Shown: piece by piece, positions 1-8,573 of the stretch
Position numbering within the stretch: the first letter of the stretch is position 1
How the letters are laid out: every line of letters begins with the position of its first letter
Assembly (NCBI GenBank): GCA_041650335.1
Contig: JBAZLK010000001.1
Coordinates: forward strand, 228,940 to 292,939
Length of the DNA: 64,000 nt
Reading direction: 5' to 3'
DNA from: Patescibacteria group bacterium
GTDB lineage: Bacteria > Patescibacteriota > Patescibacteriia > JAHIZJ01
Notes under the pieces: model-generated
What the model was told of the DNA's origin: nothing
The model's database searches: none
What the model saw: the letters and a program-made list of their open reading frames with translations, nothing else
Program-made: the position numbers and the translations under genes

Positions 1-1
1 G

Positions 2-1042
2 CTGAACGGCGCCGGCATTCAGCCCGACTTTTTACTCTGCCGCGCTGAGAAGCCGCTCGATCAGCCGCGCCGTGAAAAGCTCGCCATCTTCTGCAATATG
101 AAACCGGCGAATGTTTTGGCGGCAATTGATGTGGATAATATCTACAACGTGCCAATCAATTATGAAAAAGAGAGACTCGCGGAGAAAATACTCCAGCTTC
201 TCAATATTGCCCCGAGAGCGAATACCCTCAGTTCCTGGAAACGCTTGCTCCGGAACATGGACCAAGCGACAAGGCCGGTTCGGATCGGAATTGTCGGAAA
301 ATATTTTGCCACGGGTAATTTTATTTTGGCTGATTCGTATATTTCAGTTATCGAAGCAATCAAACACGCCGCCTGGGCGCGGCATTTGAAGCCGGAACTT
401 CATTGGATAAACTCTGAGGAATTCGAAAAAGATCCGAGCGCGGCGAAAGAATTGTCGCGCTACGACGGCATAATCGTTCCGCAGGGCTGGGGAAGTCGCG
501 GCGCCGAAGGAAAAATATCGGCGATTCGCTATATCCGCGAACACAATATTCCATACCTCGGATTATGCTATGGCATGCAGATGGCCGTGATTGAATTTGC
601 CCGGAACGTCGCCAGATTAAAAGGCGCTCATACGCTAGAGGCCGATCCAAAAACGCCCAACCCGGTCATTCATATCATGCCGGAACAAAAAGAATACCTG
701 GCCAAGAAGCAATATGGCGGAACCATCCGGCTCGGTAATTGGCCTTGCCGATTGACGCCAAAAACGAAAACTGCCGCCGCCTATGGCACTGGGGTTCGAA
801 CCGTGCAGGAACGCCACCGCCACCGGTACGAGTTCAACATGGCATATCGCAAACGGCTGGAAGACAAAGGCTTAGTTATCGCCGGCACCTCACCGGACGG
901 GAAGCTCGTCGAAGCGATTGAATTACGCGGCCACCCCTTCTTTGTCGGCACCCAATTTCATCCAGAATATAAATCGCACCCGGAAGCCCCCCACCCGTTG
1001 TTTCTTGCCTTCGTGAAAGCGTGTGCGGTGCCAAAGAAATAG
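2..1042 (+). CDS. pyrG: CTP synthase, C-terminal part (5'-truncated by window edge); glutamine amidotransferase domain
   Basis: Translation from frame 2 gives GIQPDFLLCRAEKPLD..., GLCYGMQMAVIEFARNV, HRHRYEFN, FFVGTQFHPEYKS, all typical of CTP synthase GATase domain. The ORF is open to the window start. Confidence 0.9.
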   Translation: MNGAGIQPDFLLCRAEKPLDQPRREKLAIFCNMKPANVLAAIDVDNIYNVPINYEKERLAEKILQLLNIAPRANTLSSWKRLLRNMDQATRPVRIGIVGKYFATGNFILADSYISVIEAIKHAAWARHLKPELHWINSEEFEKDPSAAKELSRYDGIIVPQGWGSRGAEGKISAIRYIREHNIPYLGLCYGMQMAVIEFARNVARLKGAHTLEADPKTPNPVIHIMPEQKEYLAKKQYGGTIRLGNWPCRLTPKTKTAAAYGTGVRTVQERHRHRYEFNMAYRKRLEDKGLVIAGTSPDGKLVEAIELRGHPFFVGTQFHPEYKSHPEAPHPLFLAFVKACAVPKK

Positions 1043-1052
1043 GTTGTTCCCA

Positions 1053-1090
1053 TACAAAAAAACCGCGCTTGGCGGGTTTTTTTGTATTGA
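1053..1090. terminator. Rho-independent terminator, bidirectional (A-run / GC hairpin / T-run) between pyrG and rpmA
   Basis: aaaaaaaccgcgcttggcgggtttttttg directly after the pyrG stop and downstream of the minus-strand rpmA stop. Confidence 0.7.
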
Positions 1091-1098
1091 ATGAGTCG

Positions 1099-1377
1099 TT
1101 ATTGCGGTTTGACGCTGACGTAGACGGCCGTTTTTAGCGTGCCGTCAAAGCGTTTGCGCTTTTTCTTTGAAAATACGACCACCCCATCGGTTAACGAGAA
1201 AAGAGTGTCGTCCTTTCCGCGTTTGACGTTTTTGCCAGCATGGTATTTTGTTCCGCGCTGTCGGATCAGAACATTCCCTTTTCTGGCTGGTTGGCCACCG
1301 AAGAGTTTCACCCCGAGGCGCTGACTCTGTGAATCGCGGCCGAGACTAGTCGAACCCCCTGATTTTGTGTGTGCCAT
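1099..1377 (-). CDS. rpmA: 50S ribosomal protein L27
   Basis: [29 protein letters not shown]...[14 protein letters not shown] is the canonical L27 N-terminus; 92 aa. Confidence 0.9.
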   Translation of the reverse strand: MAHTKSGGSTSLGRDSQSQRLGVKLFGGQPARKGNVLIRQRGTKYHAGKNVKRGKDDTLFSLTDGVVVFSKKKRKRFDGTLKTAVYVSVKPQ

Positions 1378-1440
1378 GCGTTCTCTCTAAAAAGTAGATT
1401 AACGAAAACAGTATATCGTCGATTAATAAAAGTGTCAACT

Positions 1441-1737
1441 CTACTCGGTTTCAACGCTCGCGTTGCTCGGGGCCGGGGCGAACGGGTCATGCGTCGGGAG
1501 CGTCAGATGAGTCGAGTCTTTTTTTATTATCTGGTTATCTTTCAACGATTTGAGTAGTTTCTGGTTTATTTTACTCTGCCGGGCGGTTACCTGATTTTCT
1601 TGGACCAGCGGCGGGTGAAGTATCGCCTCATCAATGACGCGATACTGGCTGTAGAGCACCCAAATGAGGAAGAGGCTGCAAACGAGCCAGGCGATTTTCG
1701 GACCGTACGTTCTGAGAATGGTTGTCGGAATTTTCAT
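1441..1737 (-). CDS. Small membrane-anchored protein at the distal end of the pilus operon (PilP-like position); hypothetical
   Basis: MKIPTTILRTYGPKIAWLVCSLFLIWVLY has one N-terminal TM. GGAGAT RBS lies before the ATG and overlaps the pilO stop. Confidence 0.45.
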   Translation of the reverse strand: MKIPTTILRTYGPKIAWLVCSLFLIWVLYSQYRVIDEAILHPPLVQENQVTARQSKINQKLLKSLKDNQIIKKDSTHLTLPTHDPFAPAPSNASVETE

Positions 1738-1739
1738 AT

Positions 1740-2309
1740 TTATCTCCAATATGAGTTACCGCCGAGCGTAAGTTGTAGGGTCTGGCCGGTGGGCGGTGGC
1801 AAGGTTGTCGAGTTTGTTTTATTTGATACTGGACTGGTGGTTACCGTTACGTTCAATTGTTGGAAGGACAAATAATATTCTTGCGATTCGAGCTCGGCGA
1901 CAAACCCGATGATATTGGCATAACCCCCATCAACTTTTATTGAAATCGGCTGTTCGATCACTGGGCTGGTATTGTCATCCGGAAACTCGTCCAAGTCAAT
2001 GGTTATTTCCAGTGAGTGTTTCTCGGCAATTCCTTCAAGCGTAGAAATAAATTGTAGAATTTCAGTTTTGTCGATGAGAAAGGAATTGAGTTGGTTTTCG
2101 GCCTGGGTGAGTTCGCTGGTAATGTCGGTGGTGTCAATCTTTTGCACCTGTTCTTTTAAGAGCGTCAGATCAACCCGTTTTTCGTTTAAGGTCGCTAAAA
2201 TTTCCTCATTTTTTTCTTGGTAGGGGATAAAGACAAAAACAATTGAGCCAACGATCACGAGGATAATAGCGACAGCGAGGTAGAAAGTTTTATTGACGCG
2301 CAATGTCAT
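1740..2309 (-). CDS. pilO: Type IV pilus assembly protein PilO-like
   Basis: N-terminal TM followed by a coiled-coil and periplasmic domain; sits after pilN with a 20 nt overlap; 189 aa. Confidence 0.6.
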   Translation of the reverse strand: MTLRVNKTFYLAVAIILVIVGSIVFVFIPYQEKNEEILATLNEKRVDLTLLKEQVQKIDTTDITSELTQAENQLNSFLIDKTEILQFISTLEGIAEKHSLEITIDLDEFPDDNTSPVIEQPISIKVDGGYANIIGFVAELESQEYYLSFQQLNVTVTTSPVSNKTNSTTLPPPTGQTLQLTLGGNSYWR

Positions 2310-2862
2310 AATTTGGGATTTTCGCTTGGTTGAGGATGCCCGTAAACCGAAAGGGGATGTTCTCCTTGATCGTAAGATAGGCGGTTGGGTAGTCGAGGTT
2401 CTCTAGAAATGGAACACTTTTCAATTTATTTTGGAAATTGACAAGGTCGGTGCGCGTTCGGGCGGTGCCGCTAATCGTAATATTGTTATCCTCGGGCGCA
2501 ACGACAATTGTTTGCAGGGTGATATTTTCACCAACCGCCTGGCCGATGGTCGTGAGAACGGTTGACCATTTGATATAGTTCTTCTGGACGGAAAAGAGCG
2601 TATTCGCTTTTTGGTTGATCTTTTTCACCAGGTCATCCGTTGGGGCGTGGCCGCTCGTTTGAAGGGTTTGCTTCAAGCCGTCGATCTCGCTTTGTACCTT
2701 TCGGGCTTCAGTCTGAATCAGATAGCGCGTGGTCAAGGTCAGTGCGACCGCTAAGGCGCAAACACCAAAGAATGAGATAACCACCCGTCGAATACGGGAA
2801 AAGTTTTTTTCTGAGAGCAGCTGCGCTTTTTTTGACGGTGGTAAAAGGTTTAAAATAATCAC
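2290..2862 (-). CDS. pilN: Type IV pilus assembly protein PilN-like
   Basis: MIILNLLPPSKKAQLLSEKNFSRIRRVVISFFGVCALAVAL is the typical PilN N-terminus (LNLLP motif plus TM); immediately follows pilM. Confidence 0.65.
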   Translation of the reverse strand: MIILNLLPPSKKAQLLSEKNFSRIRRVVISFFGVCALAVALTLTTRYLIQTEARKVQSEIDGLKQTLQTSGHAPTDDLVKKINQKANTLFSVQKNYIKWSTVLTTIGQAVGENITLQTIVVAPEDNNITISGTARTRTDLVNFQNKLKSVPFLENLDYPTAYLTIKENIPFRFTGILNQAKIPNYDIARQ

Positions 2863-2864
2863 GG

Positions 2865-3941
2865 CTATTTTGAATATGATTCAGAAATTCCGATCAAGCC
2901 GAGCCCGATCGCAGTACAGTGCGAGGCTGCCTGACTGGGGGAGACTATGTTTGTCTTTCGCAGTGATTCCGCTCTTTGCCATGGGTTTCCAAGGCTCACT
3001 TTTTTGGATAGGCGCTGGCTCAGTACAATATCAACATTCTTTAAATTCGCACCCCCGCCGACGAGAACGATTTGTTGGATGTCCGATCCAAGGGTATTAT
3101 GCGTTTTGTAGAAACTGAGAATCGTGGCAATGTGCTTCTGGATTTTTGAAAGATAGGGCAAGAGCGTGTTCGGGATGACGGCTTTGCCACGGGTTGGATC
3201 AAGGCCGCAAAGGCGTTTTGCGTCCTCAGCTTCCTGATCGGTGATTTTCAGTTTTTTGGCAATGAGCTCGGTCATGGCATACCCGGAAATATCTTTGGTC
3301 GAGGAGCTGTAGGTAACAACGCCGCGGTCAACGATGATGCTGCTCGTTCGATGGAGGCCGATGTCGAGAACCAGGGCGGAAAAATCTTTTTCCGTTTTTT
3401 GAGGCGCCAGGGCGTAGGTTATCGCCATTGGTTCAATGATCAGACCGATCGGCTTTAAGTCGGCGTCTTCGAGAACAGCCGTATACGCGTCAGCCACAGT
3501 TTTCGGGATTGCCCCAATCAGGACGCGATGGGTGTTGGCGGTTTGATTTGATTCCAGCACGCGCCAGTCAAGGTACATGTCATCGATCGCATAGGGGATA
3601 TGTTGCGCCGCCTCCCAGCGGATCGTTTCCGCCATTTGGCTATTGTCGACTTGCGGTATTTCAATAATCTTCACAAACGATTTCCATTCGGGCAATGAAG
3701 CAAAAACCCGCTTCGTCGTGAAACGGCCTTTTTTGGGACCGGCGATAAGTTTCTTGATCACTTCGCTGACAGCGCGCGGTTCTAAAATCTCGCCGTATTT
3801 CATGAGCCCGGCCGGTACGGGCGTTTGATTGTACGCTTCAATAGAAAGCGTGCGGCCTTGGCCGGTAAATTGAATCGCCCGGATAGTCAGATCGCTGATA
3901 TCTAGGCCGAAGGCTTTTGAATTATTATGGAGTGATGACAT
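2865..3941 (-). CDS. pilM: Type IV pilus assembly ATPase-like protein PilM (actin/FtsA fold)
   Basis: FGLDISDLTIRAIQF...IGAIPKTV...LVLDIGLHRTSSIIV is actin-like. The ORF extends to 4085 but would overlap the upstream gene; an internal Met at 3941 (MSSLHNN) was chosen. Confidence 0.75.
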   Translation of the reverse strand: MSSLHNNSKAFGLDISDLTIRAIQFTGQGRTLSIEAYNQTPVPAGLMKYGEILEPRAVSEVIKKLIAGPKKGRFTTKRVFASLPEWKSFVKIIEIPQVDNSQMAETIRWEAAQHIPYAIDDMYLDWRVLESNQTANTHRVLIGAIPKTVADAYTAVLEDADLKPIGLIIEPMAITYALAPQKTEKDFSALVLDIGLHRTSSIIVDRGVVTYSSSTKDISGYAMTELIAKKLKITDQEAEDAKRLCGLDPTRGKAVIPNTLLPYLSKIQKHIATILSFYKTHNTLGSDIQQIVLVGGGANLKNVDIVLSQRLSKKVSLGNPWQRAESLRKTNIVSPSQAASHCTAIGLGLIGISESYSK

Positions 3942-4014
3942 TGCTGAAAATAACTTTTTTGGCGTCTGCTGAATATTAGTATACCTTTTTTTTCTTACAA
4001 GAACCAGGCGGCTA

Positions 4015-5406
4015 TCAGGTTTTAATTTCTTTCCAGGAAATAAAGTTATATTCGCCGGTACCGGGAAAGAACGGCGGTGGGGCATAGATTAAAGCCGGTT
4101 CGAAATAGGATTCCGTGATTTGATACCCTGAAATTACGGTGCCGCCGCTATTCACCCATGACCAAGTCCAGACATTGTTCGTAATAATCGAGCCCCGGAC
4201 CATAATTCTGTTTTTTACGTCGCCGGGATAGTAGTAACGCTGGACAGCGCCTTTTTGGGCGACCATGACGGCTTGGATTTCCAATACATTCGGGGAGTAG
4301 CGGGGAACTAATACATTTTTTTGAGCGATCAGGCCGAGCATGGTGTCAGTCGGATCGGCTCTGGTCAGATTGCCGTTAATGATGATTGACGAATTCGTGG
4401 CGTCGAGATCCGGAAATTGGGCGGCCGCGACAGTAGCTTTTTCTTTTAACACGCCGTCAACCCATACTTTTTTATCTTCAACGAAGATCAGATTTTGAAT
4501 GCCGCATTCATCAACGGCCAAATCATACCGGTCGACAAAATCTTCGTGTTTAATGTCGTTTGAATCCCAGCCGCAATTTCCCTGAGTATCGCAGCCATAG
4601 ACGTCCGATTTTAGCTGGGTGACTTTATAGAGCTCGAAGGCGCCGGTATTTTTAAACAAAATGTGATAACCATACGCGCCGGATGGCCCGAAGTAGTAGC
4701 CGCCGTTTTGCGCTTTCGTTTTTAGATCAGCCAGGTCGGTCGTGATGACGTTAAAATCCACGGTGGACACGGGGAAGCGCCATAAACCATCGGCGCCGCC
4801 GCTCCCGTTGCCCCAGATCCCTGGCTTTTCTTCAGCCGGATCGCAACCGTGCATCGGCTGGCAGGTATATGTTTCCTTCGCTGAGGTCGATTCGGCGTTT
4901 TGGGTGCCGTCCATTCGAATGCCGCCATTGGAATGAAGCGGTCCTTGGACGTCTTCGTTCTCACCAATCCAGATATCAGAATTTGTTAGAAAGGCGTACT
5001 GAGCCAGCGAGGCCCGATTATACCGCACCTCGATCGTGCGTTTAACATTTGGAAAATCAAGCGTCCAGCCGGTCGATTTGACCGTAACCATCGTGGTGCA
5101 GGTAACGGGCTCCGTAATTTCCAACTGGTACTGGCCGATGACGCCGCCCTGAGGGTCGTTGTAATCATAGGTTCCCGAAAAACTGAAGTCGTTTGAGGCG
5201 TGGACGAGGTGCCACCGGCTGTAGTTGGCGCCGGCTTCCGCGATGGCCAGCGAGCGTTCCCAGGAGATTTGTCGGATTGTGTACTTATTCTGCGACAGGA
5301 CAAGATTGATGATGCCGCCAAGCATAAGCATGAAAATAGTCAAAAAGACGACCGCCATAACAAGAATGGCGCCTTGGGGCTTATGATGTGTCGCGTTTTG
5401 GTTCAT
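4015..5406 (-). CDS. PilX-like minor pilin / pilus-associated protein with large C-terminal domain
   Basis: N-terminal TM helix (GAILVMAVVFLTIFMLMLGGIINLV) followed by SQNKYTIRQISWERSLAIAEAG..., which resembles the PilX N-terminal domain. The start overlaps the upstream stop by 4 nt (ATGA). Confidence 0.55.
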   Translation of the reverse strand: MNQNATHHKPQGAILVMAVVFLTIFMLMLGGIINLVLSQNKYTIRQISWERSLAIAEAGANYSRWHLVHASNDFSFSGTYDYNDPQGGVIGQYQLEITEPVTCTTMVTVKSTGWTLDFPNVKRTIEVRYNRASLAQYAFLTNSDIWIGENEDVQGPLHSNGGIRMDGTQNAESTSAKETYTCQPMHGCDPAEEKPGIWGNGSGGADGLWRFPVSTVDFNVITTDLADLKTKAQNGGYYFGPSGAYGYHILFKNTGAFELYKVTQLKSDVYGCDTQGNCGWDSNDIKHEDFVDRYDLAVDECGIQNLIFVEDKKVWVDGVLKEKATVAAAQFPDLDATNSSIIINGNLTRADPTDTMLGLIAQKNVLVPRYSPNVLEIQAVMVAQKGAVQRYYYPGDVKNRIMVRGSIITNNVWTWSWVNSGGTVISGYQITESYFEPALIYAPPPFFPGTGEYNFISWKEIKT

Positions 5407-6020
5407 AAGTTATTTTTCAGATTACGTATCTGGACCTCAGTCACCACCTCGGTTTCATTCGGCGCCTGACTTTCATTAACATTTATTCGTAAATAAAAGT
5501 TTAAGAGCTTTGTTTCGGTTAAACGGGTCGGCGTCGGCAGGGGATTATGGGTCATATCGCCCGGGTAATCGCCATTGTAATACACGAAGATGGGCGTTGC
5601 CCCATTCCGGACGTATTCGGCAATTGTGGTGACAGACTCGGTGGTCGGGTCGTATACGATCGGAATGCCGCTGGGTTCGACCACCCCTTTTTTAAAAACC
5701 GTTCCATCAAGAAAATACCGGACGCGCTCGATCGCGCCATCGCTATCGATATTGCTAAAAAAGATGATCTCCTGGTCTTCGGCCCGATTGAGAATATACG
5801 AGCCGTCATCACCCGGTGCCGCGTCGCGCAGTTCTTTGACCATCGTTTGGGCGCTTTGGCGTGCATATTCCACTTGTTGTTGCTGTTCGGTGGCGAAGGT
5901 TTGAAAGCGTAAGCCCTGGAAAAAGAAGGTCAATAAAGCCGCCAACGCCAGACTAAAAATCGTAAGCGCAACCAGTGTTTCAATAAGCGTAAACCCAGTT
6001 TTTTTAGTATTGGTAGGCAT
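5403..6020 (-). CDS. Type IV pseudopilin (prepilin-type N-terminal cleavage/methylation domain)
   Basis: KTGFTLIETLVALTIFSLALAALL carries the class III signal-peptide motif G/FTLIE; 205 aa. Confidence 0.8.
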   Translation of the reverse strand: MPTNTKKTGFTLIETLVALTIFSLALAALLTFFFQGLRFQTFATEQQQQVEYARQSAQTMVKELRDAAPGDDGSYILNRAEDQEIIFFSNIDSDGAIERVRYFLDGTVFKKGVVEPSGIPIVYDPTTESVTTIAEYVRNGATPIFVYYNGDYPGDMTHNPLPTPTRLTETKLLNFYLRINVNESQAPNETEVVTEVQIRNLKNNL

Positions 6021-6023
6021 GGT

Positions 6024-7367
6024 TTAGATAGGAGGAATCATCACGACCTCGATGGTTCTTTGACCTTCGACGGTAATGAGCTCGTTATAGATCTCATAGC
6101 CGGTGACTTCGATGTGAAGCACATAATCGCTTTGTTCGAGCGGTGTGAAAAACGCTTGCCCCCAGGCCGTCGTTGTCTTCTGTCCGTTGTACGGTGGCAC
6201 CACCCGGTTCAGCTGGACGGGAACATTCGGCATGAGGACCATGTTTTGGTCACGGACAGTGACGAGCAGGGTGTGATTCGCATGCGGTGTCTCGAGCGCG
6301 ATGTCGGTATTCTGTGTCGCGCCCGGATCAAGCGTTATCGGCAGCGGTGGATTGGCACCGGCGATATCGTAATTGATTCCGGCATTATCGATGCTGAAGT
6401 GGTAGGTATCCCATTCAAGATCAGGAATTGTGATTTCACCTGATGCGTTCGTGGTGAACGTCTGGGTATATTTATAGATCGGATTGTTTTCTCCGTCGGT
6501 GCCAATTATTTTTGAACCGTGCAACGCGAAATCGATATTCGGGAGCGGCTGACTGGCCTGATCGAGTGTCCGGATTGTCGCCGTGCCAAGCTGGTCAATC
6601 GCAAAGCTCGCTTCGGTCACCACGTTTAAATATACCGACAAGGGCGGATGGGCGGGATTGGGATTGGCGACAGGATCTACCTCATAGGTTTGATCTGTGC
6701 TGAAGCCGTCCTTTGTCACCCGGACGTCATAGGTTTCGATTGACGGGGGCATGCCTGGTAAAACCAGCGTACCGTTCGTCTGAGTCGTTGTATCGTACGA
6801 GATAACCGGAACAACGTCGGTATTTTCGATATGGACAGCGGCTGATGGTACGGGCTGTCCATGCGCATCAAACACGGTCAGCAGAATTGTTCCACCGTCG
6901 ACCGTTTTCTCCATCCCCTTGGGCGTTACTTCAGTGACCAAAACGATGGGTTTATTGATAAGCATCCGCGACCACGTTACCTCGATCCGAACGCTCTTGT
7001 AATCGGCGCTGTTTGTGTCAGGCGGGCTGCCGCTGGCCGTGCCATCAAACGGATCGTCAACATAGCGGATATCTGTTTCGAGGGTATAGGTAATGTGGTT
7101 TAACACCACCACTTCGGTTTGCGGGATCGTGCCATTCGGAATGCCGCTGGCAATGCCGACATCATCATATGAGAGGTTTCGGATCATTTCCATTCGTTTA
7201 TTCGCGATCGCGATCGCGTCGACGCGGGCTCGGTTGTCGGACAGTATCTTCGTGCCATAATCCATCAGGGTGTAGAAACCGACCATCACGATGGCGAATA
7301 TCGTTAAGCCGACTAAAACCTCAATAAGGGTAAAGCCGTGTTGTTTTATCGCAGTGTTAGATCGCAT
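6024..7367 (-). CDS. Type IV pseudopilin (PilV-like) with large C-terminal beta-rich domain
   Basis: KQHGFTLIEVLVGLTIFAIVMVGFYTLM carries the prepilin methylation motif; 447 aa. Confidence 0.8.
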   Translation of the reverse strand: MRSNTAIKQHGFTLIEVLVGLTIFAIVMVGFYTLMDYGTKILSDNRARVDAIAIANKRMEMIRNLSYDDVGIASGIPNGTIPQTEVVVLNHITYTLETDIRYVDDPFDGTASGSPPDTNSADYKSVRIEVTWSRMLINKPIVLVTEVTPKGMEKTVDGGTILLTVFDAHGQPVPSAAVHIENTDVVPVISYDTTTQTNGTLVLPGMPPSIETYDVRVTKDGFSTDQTYEVDPVANPNPAHPPLSVYLNVVTEASFAIDQLGTATIRTLDQASQPLPNIDFALHGSKIIGTDGENNPIYKYTQTFTTNASGEITIPDLEWDTYHFSIDNAGINYDIAGANPPLPITLDPGATQNTDIALETPHANHTLLVTVRDQNMVLMPNVPVQLNRVVPPYNGQKTTTAWGQAFFTPLEQSDYVLHIEVTGYEIYNELITVEGQRTIEVVMIPPI

Positions 7368-8571
7368 TGGTCAGGCTATACATTGGTAAAATAATGGCGA
7401 CGGCCATGATGGCGACGGCCACGCCCATGATGACAAGAATGATTGGTTCAATAATCGTAGCCAGCGAGGCCATAGTTTCCTCGACGTCTTCCTCATAAAA
7501 AAGCGCGATTTCTTCCGAGAGTGTGTCCAGCGTACCCGATTGTTCGCCGACATTGATGATCTGAGTGACAACCGGCGGGAAAAGGCGCGGGTATTTTTCG
7601 ATGACGGCGGTTATCGGCACGCCCTGCTTCACGCTGTCAGAAATGGCCATCATGGCATCTTGGTAGAAAACATTGCCGAGCGTTTTTGAAATGATTCTGA
7701 AAACCTCAACAATCGGGATGTCGGTTTTTAACAGGGAGCTCAAGGTTCTGGTAAAGCGGGCTAAATTCACCTTTTTAACAATTTTTCCGAAAATCGGTGT
7801 CCGCAAGAGGATCCGATGATAGAGGCGCCGGCCGGTCTTTGTTCGAATGAGGCGGAAAAAGATAAAGGCGAGAGCGACCGGAATGCCTAATACGAGAAGA
7901 ATATTCTTGGACGCAAAATTGCTTACGGAGATAATAATCCGGGTAATGAGGGGCAAGTCCACACCGCTCTCGGCAAATACCGCCGTTATTTTCGGCACGA
8001 CAAAGATGAACATGACGATGCCGATGCCGATCATCGCGACCAAGATAAAAGCGGGGTAGGTGAGAGCGCCCTTTACTTTCGCCAGCAAATTGTGGTCTTT
8101 CTTCATTTGGATCGTGAGCCGGTCAAGCACGGTTTCAAGCTGACCGGAGACCTCACCGGCTTCGATCATGTTCACGAATACCGGCGAAAACACTTTCGGG
8201 TAATTATGCATGACCGAAGCAAGTGTTTTTCCGGTTTCGACTTCTTGGCGGAGCTGATCGATAATTTTCGCGAAATACTTATTGCCCGTTTGGAGGCTTA
8301 AGGTTTTCAGCGCCTTGGCGATTGAGAAACCTGTCCGGGCCATAACCTGGAGATTTTGGGTGAAGAAGATTTTATCGACCAGCGTGACAGACTTAAATTT
8401 ATCGAGCCAGGACAACTTGGTTGAAGCGCGTCGGTCGACGACGGTAGCTGAAACAAGCAGAAGACCTTCTTTCTTCAGCTGTTCTTGAAGCTCGTTTTGA
8501 TCGGCCGCCTCGCTCTGAGCGCGTTTCATCGCACCCGTGGCGCTTTGGGCCGTATACAAAAATACTGGCAT
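7357..8571 (-). CDS. pilC: Type IV pilus assembly platform protein PilC (GspF family)
   Basis: 404 aa polytopic membrane protein with a duplicated GspF-type domain; positioned between pilB and the pseudopilins. Confidence 0.8.
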   Translation of the reverse strand: MPVFLYTAQSATGAMKRAQSEAADQNELQEQLKKEGLLLVSATVVDRRASTKLSWLDKFKSVTLVDKIFFTQNLQVMARTGFSIAKALKTLSLQTGNKYFAKIIDQLRQEVETGKTLASVMHNYPKVFSPVFVNMIEAGEVSGQLETVLDRLTIQMKKDHNLLAKVKGALTYPAFILVAMIGIGIVMFIFVVPKITAVFAESGVDLPLITRIIISVSNFASKNILLVLGIPVALAFIFFRLIRTKTGRRLYHRILLRTPIFGKIVKKVNLARFTRTLSSLLKTDIPIVEVFRIISKTLGNVFYQDAMMAISDSVKQGVPITAVIEKYPRLFPPVVTQIINVGEQSGTLDTLSEEIALFYEEDVEETMASLATIIEPIILVIMGVAVAIMAVAIILPMYSLTNAI

Positions 8572-8573
8572 GA

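Noticed and set aside
111-650. ORFs 111..389(+), 160..363(-), 344..544(-), 360..650(-) overlapping pyrG.
   Set aside because: They are out-of-frame or antisense inside a well-supported CTP synthase reading frame, and have no independent signals.
5547-5912. Sense and antisense ORFs 5547..5912, 5552..5866 and 5590..5904 inside the pseudopilin gene.
   Set aside because: These are alternative-frame shadows of the 5403..6020 pseudopilin CDS, which has the diagnostic GFTLIE motif.
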